Part shown: positions 57,425 to 64,000 of the stretch, piece after piece
Position numbering within the stretch: the stretch's first letter is position 1
How the letters are laid out: the number at the start of each line of letters is the position of its first letter
Source of the DNA: Myxococcota bacterium
GTDB taxonomy: Bacteria; Myxococcota_A; UBA9160; JAFDDA01
Direction: 5' to 3'
DNA: 64,000 nt
Assembly: GCA_965228475.1 (NCBI GenBank)
Contig: OZ245817.1
Span: forward strand, 2,720,001 to 2,784,000
Made by a program: the position numbers and the translations under genes
The notes under the pieces: generated by a model
What the model was told of the DNA's origin: nothing
Database searches by the model: none
The model's input: only the letters and a program-made list of their open reading frames with translations

Positions 57425-59243
57425 GGGAGGCTCCCGTTTCGCCCTGCTGATCGAGGATCGCCCGCGCGATCCCCTCGGCCGACGAGGTTTCTTCTTCGAA
57501 GAAGAGCCGCGGGTCGAGTACGACGCCGGCCTCCGCTTCCAACTGTTCGAGCACCTCGACGAGGTTCAGCGAGTTGCCGCCGACGTCGAGAAAGAGCCCC
57601 TCCGGGCCGATCCCCTCGACCCCGATCACCCGCTGGTAGATCCCGAGGACCGTCGCCGTCGTCCGGCGGAGCTCGGCCTCGGCGGCTTCGTCGCCGCCCC
57701 CGACGCGGCCCTCGAGGATCACGGTGAGGAGCTTGCGGTCCGTCTTGCCCGAAGAGAGCTGGGGGAACTCCCCGAGGATCTCGATGTGGCGGGGGATCAT
57801 GTAGGCCGGCAGCTCCTCGGCGAGCCGCTGCGCGATCCGTTCGCGCGGGACCTGGTGCCCCGGGTCGAGCAGGACGCCCGCCGCGAGGATCTTGCCTTCG
57901 TAGGCGGACTCGAGCGCCACGACCTCGGCCGCATGGACGTGGGGAACGCTGCAGATCACGCGCTGGATCTCGTTCGTGTGAACCCGGTAGCCGCCGAGGT
58001 TGACCTCGGCGTCGCGCCGTCCCTGGTAGAGCAGGCTCCCGTCCTCGAGCCAGGTGCAGACGTCTCCGGTGCGGTAGCAGCGCACGCCCTCGAACTCGAC
58101 GAGACGTGCGGCGGTCTCCTCGGGGAGCTTCCAGTAGCCGTCCATGACCTGGCTCCCGGCGAGCAGCAGCTCGCCCGGACGGCCCGCGGTCTCGATGCGC
58201 TGCCCCTCGTCATCCACGAGGAAGGCCTCGACGTGGCGGAAGGGCTTCCCGATCGGATAGAGCGCCTCGCGCCCCGGCTCGCGCTCGCGGATCGGGTGGG
58301 CGGTGGCGGCGCAGGTCACCTCGGTCGGACCGTAGGCGTTCAGCACGGTCACGTGCTCGTTCTTGGCGAGCCAGCGCTGCACGGTCTTGACGTCGGGAAC
58401 GTCGGTCCCGGTGAGGATCGTCCGGAGATGCGGGAGGGGCGCGGAATCGAAGACCCGGGCCTGGGCGACGAGCCCGAGCATCCGGCCCCAGGCCGAGAAA
58501 TGGGTCACGTCGTTCGCGCGGATCGTCTCGAACAGGAGGTCCGGGAAGACGACGTCGTCGTGGAGGTGGACCGTCGCGCCCTCCGAGAGAGGGAAGAGCA
58601 TGTCCATGAGGAACACGTCGAAGTGGAGCGGCGAGAAGCTCGCGCAGACGGCGCCCTCGCGGACGTCGTAGAACTCGCGCGTTCCCTCGAAGAAGTCGGG
58701 GAGACTGCCGTGGCGGATCACGACGCCCTTGGGCCGGCCCGTCGACCCGGAGGTGTAGATGCAGTAGGCCGGCGCCGCCGGATCGAAGGAGCCGTCGTCG
58801 GCCGGGCGCCCTGCGGAGGCCGGCGCCTCCTGCGCCCGCTCGAGCACCGCCGCGAGGTCTGCCTCGGCCAGGATCGGCGCCTCCGCGGGGAGCGCCTCGG
58901 CCACGCGCTCCCGCAGGCTCTCCTCGGTCACGACCACCGCGGGGGCGATCTCCTCGAGGATGTAGGCGAGGCGGGCCTCCGGCATGCGCGGGTCGAGGGG
59001 CACGTGGACCGCCCCGGCTTCGAAGGTGCCCAGGATCGCCGCCACGGTGACCGCCCGCCGGTTCGAGAGCAGGACGACCCGGTCGCCGTGCCGGCAGCCG
59101 AGCGCGAGGAGCCGTTCGGCGAAGGCGGCACTGAAGCGGTCGAGCGTGGCGTAGTCGATGCGGACGTTTCCGTCCGCGAGGGCACAGCGTTCGGGATGCG
59201 CCTCGGCCGTACTCTGGATCGACTGCAGCAGGGGGGTCCGCAT
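57417..59243 (-). CDS. Stand-alone NRPS adenylation-thiolation didomain (SyrB1-like architecture)
   Basis: YTSGSTGRPKG (A3), FD (A4), NAYGPTE (A5), YRTGD (A7), LPAYMIP (A9), SGKTDR (A10); PCP motif FLDVGGNSL. Confidence 0.92.
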   Translation of the reverse strand: MRTPLLQSIQSTAEAHPERCALADGNVRIDYATLDRFSAAFAERLLALGCRHGDRVVLLSNRRAVTVAAILGTFEAGAVHVPLDPRMPEARLAYILEEIAPAVVVTEESLRERVAEALPAEAPILAEADLAAVLERAQEAPASAGRPADDGSFDPAAPAYCIYTSGSTGRPKGVVIRHGSLPDFFEGTREFYDVREGAVCASFSPLHFDVFLMDMLFPLSEGATVHLHDDVVFPDLLFETIRANDVTHFSAWGRMLGLVAQARVFDSAPLPHLRTILTGTDVPDVKTVQRWLAKNEHVTVLNAYGPTEVTCAATAHPIREREPGREALYPIGKPFRHVEAFLVDDEGQRIETAGRPGELLLAGSQVMDGYWKLPEETAARLVEFEGVRCYRTGDVCTWLEDGSLLYQGRRDAEVNLGGYRVHTNEIQRVICSVPHVHAAEVVALESAYEGKILAAGVLLDPGHQVPRERIAQRLAEELPAYMIPRHIEILGEFPQLSSGKTDRKLLTVILEGRVGGGDEAAEAELRRTTATVLGIYQRVIGVEGIGPEGLFLDVGGNSLNLVEVLEQLEAEAGVVLDPRLFFEEETSSAEGIARAILDQQGETGASHE

Positions 59244-59273
59244 CGGCTCGTGCCCTCGTCGTGGCGTCGGCCC

Positions 59274-59303
59274 AAAGTACCACCGGCGTCGGGCGCGCGG
59301 CAA
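59274..59303 (-). promoter_or_regulatory. Putative sigma70 promoter of the halogenase operon: TTGCCG-18 nt-TACTTT with extended TGG
   Basis: Read on the minus strand, about 30 nt upstream of ATG 59243. Confidence 0.5.
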
Positions 59304-59442
59304 TCGCGACGCCGCGTGACGGCCCTGCGCGAGGCCCGCAACTCGGACGCAGAAAACACCGCCCGGACTCCCGTTCCCGGGCCGCGGCGCAGGGGCGCGC
59401 TAGCCTCGCGCCCGCGACGCCATCCATGGAGGCTGCGCCCAC

Positions 59443-59907
59443 GTGGAACGCCCGATCACGGGATTCGACCTCGACGAAGCGGGTCACTGGCGCGCCCAGC
59501 TCTCGTGCGGCCACCGCCAGCACGTCCGTCACCACCCGCCGTTCTCCGACCGCGGCTGGGTGCTGACCGAGGCCGGGCGCGGGTCGCGCCTCGCGACGCC
59601 GCTCGATTGCCCGAACTGCGACCGGAGTGAGCTTCCAGAAGAAGCCTCGGCCTACCGGGAGACGAAGCTCTTCACGCCCGAATCCGTTCCGAAGGGGCTC
59701 CTCGCCGAGCACTCGACGAAGGCCGGGGTCTGGGGCCGGATCCACGTCCGGGCGGGCACCGTCGAGTACTTCGTGGCCGGCGAGAACCCCCGCCACGAGA
59801 CCCTCACGCCGGGACGGCCGGGCGTGATCTGCCCGGAGGTCGAGCACCGGGTGGCACCGGGCGCTTCGAGCGAGTTCTTCGTCGAATTCCTGCGCGTCGC
59901 GGAGTAG
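59443..59907 (+). CDS. DUF3565 + TehB N-terminal/DUF1971 cupin fusion
   Basis: LSCGHRQHVRH.PP...CPNCD, then HSTKAGVWG..IHV cupin; GGAGG SD. Confidence 0.8.
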   Translation: MERPITGFDLDEAGHWRAQLSCGHRQHVRHHPPFSDRGWVLTEAGRGSRLATPLDCPNCDRSELPEEASAYRETKLFTPESVPKGLLAEHSTKAGVWGRIHVRAGTVEYFVAGENPRHETLTPGRPGVICPEVEHRVAPGASSEFFVEFLRVAE

Positions 59908-60007
59908 CTCCGCGTCCCGTTTCCGGCCTGGAGCGGCCCCTGGAAGGGCCGACGCGGCCCGGTGTATCCTGATGCGAAGCCGGCACCCTGCCCCACCGGA
60001 GTCCGCC

Positions 60008-61384
60008 ATGCGCCCTGCTTCGTCCCGGTTCCGCCCCTTCCAACGCCGCCACGCCCCGGCCCTCGTCTTCGCCGTGGCTCTCGTCGCGCTCCCGGCGACG
60101 GCGGGGTACGTGATCTTCGGCAGCGGGGGCTTCGGCTCGAAGTGGGACGATCCCGTCCACGGCACGCCGGCCACGGTCACCTGGGGGTTCATGACGCCCG
60201 GGACGACCGTCGACCCGATGCACGACATCGCCGCGGAGGTCATCGGAGGGAGCGACGTCGCCTCCCTGCGCGCGACCTACGACGGAACCTACGGCGCGGG
60301 CGCCTTCGATGCCGCGCTCGGCCGCGCCTTCGCGACCTGGTCGACCCTCGCCGGGATCACCTTCGTCGGCCCGGTGGCGGACGGGGGCGGCGCCGTCGGC
60401 GCGGCGGGCGCGACGACCCCCGACATCCGCGTCGGGGCCTTCGCGCCGGTGCCGGGCTCCGGCTTCTCCTTCGTGGCCGGCGTCGGCTTCGGCCCGCCCG
60501 GCAACGACCTGCTCTTCCCCGACGCCCTGGCCGGCGACATCCTGTTGAACTCCGCGCAGACCTTCATCGAGCCGGTCGGCGCCGAGGGCGACCCGATCGG
60601 CATGCCCGGCAACGATCTCGAGAACCTCTTCCTCCACGAGCTCGGCCACGCGGCCATGGGTCTCGGCCACCCGGCCGAGGGCGTCGGCGACGTCATGTAC
60701 GTCGGCTTCGACTGCTGCGACCTGATCAACCGGGAACCCTCCCACGACGACATCACCGCCGCCCGCAGCGTCTACGGACTCTCGGCGACGCCGGCCTGCA
60801 GCGACGGCTTCGACGACGACGGCGACGGCCTCTACGACCTCGCCGACTCCGGCTGTGCGAGCGCGGCGGACACGAGCGAGCGCGGCCCCGGCCTCGCCTG
60901 CGACGACGGCATCGACGACGACCTCGACACGATCGCGGACTTCCCGAACGATCCGGGCTGCCTCTCCCGCACGGACCCGGACGAGACCGACCCGAACCTT
61001 CCGTGCGACGACGGCATCGACAACGACTCGGACGGCCTCATCGACGCGGGCTTCGACCCCGCCTGCTCGAGCGGGAACCCGGCCGTGCCGGACCCGACCG
61101 TCGGCGTCGAAGCGTCGGCCTGCCAGGACGGCTTCGACAACGACGTCGACGGCAAGAAGGACTTCGACGGCGGCCAATCGATCCACGGCGCCTGCGGGGG
61201 CGGCTCCTGCCCGCCCGGCGTGAGCGACACGGATCTCGACGGCGTCGCCGACCCGGACCCGGAGTGCGTGGACCGGGCCTGGGCGACGAAGGAGAAGGCC
61301 TCCTGCGGCCTCGGCTTCGAGGTCCTCGTGCTGATCTCGCCGTTGCTCTGGCTGCGCGGGCGGCGCCTGCGCCGAGAGCGCTGA
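60008..61384 (+). CDS. Secreted matrixin-like metzincin protease with CxDGxDxDxD repeats and a CGLG-TM-Arg tail
   Basis: HELGHAAMGLGH, Met-turn DVMY, four CxDGxD(D/N)D repeats, C-terminal SCGLGFEV...RGRRLRR. Confidence 0.85.
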   Translation: MRPASSRFRPFQRRHAPALVFAVALVALPATAGYVIFGSGGFGSKWDDPVHGTPATVTWGFMTPGTTVDPMHDIAAEVIGGSDVASLRATYDGTYGAGAFDAALGRAFATWSTLAGITFVGPVADGGGAVGAAGATTPDIRVGAFAPVPGSGFSFVAGVGFGPPGNDLLFPDALAGDILLNSAQTFIEPVGAEGDPIGMPGNDLENLFLHELGHAAMGLGHPAEGVGDVMYVGFDCCDLINREPSHDDITAARSVYGLSATPACSDGFDDDGDGLYDLADSGCASAADTSERGPGLACDDGIDDDLDTIADFPNDPGCLSRTDPDETDPNLPCDDGIDNDSDGLIDAGFDPACSSGNPAVPDPTVGVEASACQDGFDNDVDGKKDFDGGQSIHGACGGGSCPPGVSDTDLDGVADPDPECVDRAWATKEKASCGLGFEVLVLISPLLWLRGRRLRRER

Positions 61385-61481
61385 GCCCCGCCCGGCGGAC
61401 GACCCGCGCCGAGTTCGACCGCGACGGGCCGCGGCCGGCCCTGGCGGCACGCTCCCGGCGGATCCCCCCGACGAAAGTCGA

Positions 61482-61487
61482 TAGGCT
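61482..61487 (+). promoter_or_regulatory. -10 box TAGGCT, 6 nt before ATG 61494
   Basis: TANNNT at leaderless spacing. Confidence 0.55.
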
Positions 61488-61493
61488 CCGGGC

Positions 61494-64000
61494 ATGACGC
61501 TCCAGGTCGCCCTGCGCCACGAGACGCACTACCGCTACGACCGGCCGGTCGTGCTCGGGCCCCAGACGATCCGGCTGCGCCCGGCCCCGCACTGCCGGAC
61601 CCCGATTCGCGCCTACTCGCTTCGCGTCACGCCGGAGGCGCACTTCCTGAACTGGCAGCAGGATCCGCAGGGGAACTTCCTCGCCCGGGTCGTCTTCCCG
61701 GATCCGACCCGCGAGTTCCGCGTCGACGTCGATCTCGTCGCGGAGATGTCGGTGATCAACCCGTTCGACTTTTTCCTCGAAGAAGACGCGCGGGAGGTTC
61801 CCTTCGTCTACGAGCCGGCGCTCGCCAAGGAGCTCGAGCCGTTTCTCGTGCCCGAACCGGCCGGCCCCGCGCTGCGCGAGTGGCTGACCGGCGTATCGCG
61901 CGCGGCGACCCCCACCATCGACTTCCTCGTGGGCCTGAACCAGCGGCTCGAGCAGGAGATCCAGTACGTGATCCGCCTCGAGCCCGGCGTGCAGACGCCG
62001 GAGGAGACGCTCGGCCTGGCTCGCGGCTCCTGCCGGGACAGCGCCTGGCTGCTGGTCCAGATCCTCCGCCAGCTCGGCATCGCTGCGCGCTTCGCCTCGG
62101 GCTACCTGATCCAGCTGAAGCCGGACACCGAGAGCCTCGACGGGCCGAGCGGTGCCGAGTCCGACTTCACCGACCTGCACGCCTGGACCGAGGCATACCT
62201 GCCGGGCGCGGGCTGGGTCGGCCTCGACCCGACCTCGGGCCTGCTCGCGGGAGAGGGACACATTCCGCTGGCGTGCAGCCCGAGCCCGCAGTCGGCCGCG
62301 CCCGTGAGCGGCCTCGTCGGCACGGCGGAGGTCGAATTCGGCCATCGCATGTCGGTGGAGCGGGTGCGCGAGTCGCCGCGGGTCACCCTGCCCTACGACG
62401 AGGCCACGTGGCAGGCGATCGACGGCCTGGGCGAGGCCGTCGACCGTCAGCTCCGCGGGGACGATACGCGGCTCACCATGGGCGGCGAACCGACCTTCGT
62501 GAGCATCGACGACTTCGAAGCCCCCGAGTGGAACACCGATGCCCAGGGGCCGACCAAGCGCGCGCTCGCGGAGGACCTGATCCGCCGGCTGCGCGAGCGC
62601 TTCGCTCCGAGCGGCATCCTCCACTACGGGCAGGGCAAGTGGTACCCGGGCGAGCCACTCCCTCGCTGGTCCTTCTCGCTGCTCTGGCGGGAAGACGACG
62701 TGCCGCTCTGGCGGGATGCCTCGCGCATCGCGCGGGAGGCCCGGGATCACGCCCCGGATGCCGTCGCCGCCGAGCGCTTCCTGCGCGCCCTCGCCGAGCG
62801 GCTCGACGTGGACCCGGCGCATGCGGTGCCGGCCTTCGAGGACGCGCTCGCCAGCCTGGCCGCCGAAGCGCGGCTCCCGGAGAACGTCGACGCCCTGCAT
62901 CCACAGGCCGAGGAGCTCGAAACGGGTGAGGGCCGCGCCCGGCTGGCGCGGACGCTCTCGCGCGGCCTCGGCAACCCGCGCGGGTTCGTCCTCCCGGTGC
63001 AGGCCTGGAACGCCAAGAACGGCCGCCGCCGCTGGTACTCGGAGAAGTGGAGCTTCCGGCGCGGCTCGCTGTTCCTGGTCGAAGGCGATTCACCGCTCGG
63101 ATTCCGGCTTCCCCTCGACTCCCTCCCCTTCCTCGACCCGCTCGAGTACCCGCACGTCGTTCCGGTCGACCCGACGCTCCCGCGAGGCCCGCTCGGCCGG
63201 CCCTCGCCGCGCCGCCAGCCCTTCCTTTCCCGCGAGCGGGACGAACGCGCGGCGGGCGCTTCCGCGTACGCGGGTGAGATCGCGAGCACGGCCGTCCGGA
63301 CGGCGGTCTCCGTCGAGCCGAGGGACGGGAGACTCTGCGTGTTCCTCCCGCCCCTCGAGACCGCGGACGACTTCGTGGACCTCGTCGCAGCCATCGAAGA
63401 CGTCTGCGCCGAACAGGACACGGCCGTCCACCTCGAGGGCTATCGCCCGCCGGCGGACCCGCGCCTGCGAATGCTCCAGGTCTCGCCGGACCCGGGCGTG
63501 ATCGAGGTGAACGTCCAGCCGAGCTCGAGCTGGAGGGAACTCGTCGACGTCACGACCACGGTCTACGAGGAAGCGCGGGCGGCCCGCCTCGGCACCGAGA
63601 AGTTCATGCTCGACGGCCGCCACACGGGCACCGGGGGCGGGAACCACTTCGTGCTCGGCGGCGCGACACCGGCGGACAGCCCCTTCCTTCGGCGGCCGGA
63701 CCTGCTGCGCAGCCTCGTCGCGTTCTGGCTGAACCACCCTTCGCTCTCGTACCTGTTCTCGGGCCTGTTCATTGGCCCGACCAGCCAGGCACCCCGCGTC
63801 GACGAAGCGCGCCAGGATGCCCTGTACGAGCTCGAACTCGCCTTCCGGCAGATTCCGGAGCGCGGCGAGGGGGAGTGCCCGCCGTGGCTCGTCGATCGCA
63901 TCCTCCGCAACCTGCTCGTCGATACGACGGGCAACACGCACCGCGCGGAGTTCTGCATCGACAAGCTCTACTCGCCGGACTCGGCGAGCGGACGCCAGGG
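61494..64000 (+). CDS. Transglutaminase-like + DUF2126 putative amidoligase protein, partial
   Basis: Translated by hand: HETHYRYD, GSCRDSAW, DLHAWTEAYLPGAGWVGLDPT, GGEPTF, PDPGVIEVN, TGGGNH and HRAEFCIDKL motifs. Confidence 0.9.
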   Translation, partial: MTLQVALRHETHYRYDRPVVLGPQTIRLRPAPHCRTPIRAYSLRVTPEAHFLNWQQDPQGNFLARVVFPDPTREFRVDVDLVAEMSVINPFDFFLEEDAREVPFVYEPALAKELEPFLVPEPAGPALREWLTGVSRAATPTIDFLVGLNQRLEQEIQYVIRLEPGVQTPEETLGLARGSCRDSAWLLVQILRQLGIAARFASGYLIQLKPDTESLDGPSGAESDFTDLHAWTEAYLPGAGWVGLDPTSGLLAGEGHIPLACSPSPQSAAPVSGLVGTAEVEFGHRMSVERVRESPRVTLPYDEATWQAIDGLGEAVDRQLRGDDTRLTMGGEPTFVSIDDFEAPEWNTDAQGPTKRALAEDLIRRLRERFAPSGILHYGQGKWYPGEPLPRWSFSLLWREDDVPLWRDASRIAREARDHAPDAVAAERFLRALAERLDVDPAHAVPAFEDALASLAAEARLPENVDALHPQAEELETGEGRARLARTLSRGLGNPRGFVLPVQAWNAKNGRRRWYSEKWSFRRGSLFLVEGDSPLGFRLPLDSLPFLDPLEYPHVVPVDPTLPRGPLGRPSPRRQPFLSRERDERAAGASAYAGEIASTAVRTAVSVEPRDGRLCVFLPPLETADDFVDLVAAIEDVCAEQDTAVHLEGYRPPADPRLRMLQVSPDPGVIEVNVQPSSSWRELVDVTTTVYEEARAARLGTEKFMLDGRHTGTGGGNHFVLGGATPADSPFLRRPDLLRSLVAFWLNHPSLSYLFSGLFIGPTSQAPRVDEARQDALYELELAFRQIPERGEGECPPWLVDRILRNLLVDTTGNTHRAEFCIDKLYSPDSASGRQ

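Overview
High-GC (roughly 70% by eye) gene-dense bacterial window with about 55 CDS. I saw no rRNA, tRNA, CRISPR array, integrase or transposase. The gene content suggests a Myxococcota/deltaproteobacterial-type heterotroph (inference): PEP-CTERM and Cys-Gly-type C-terminal anchors, HDOD and HD-GYP signalling proteins, acyl-CoA dehydrogenases, amidohydrolases and sulfatase-like proteins. Most genes serve lipid and sugar catabolism or cell-envelope functions. The standout is a compact three-gene operon at 55868-59243 (-). It encodes a stand-alone NRPS adenylation-thiolation didomain with unusual motifs, a SyrB2-type Fe(II)/2-oxoglutarate halogenase with the HxA signature, and an RraA/HMG-aldolase-fold protein. 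No thioesterase or condensation domain is present in the window. Other notable signals: a TANNNT -10 box 6-8 nt before the start codon of 11 genes (probable leaderless transcription); a Cys-Gly/TM/Arg-rich C-terminal sorting signal on two secreted enzymes; a fibre-like surface protein with a small partner; a GT2-methyltransferase/GT-C/Thr-type sulfatase-like operon; and two triplicated gene ends between convergent genes. Start codons were chosen by eye and some are uncertain.
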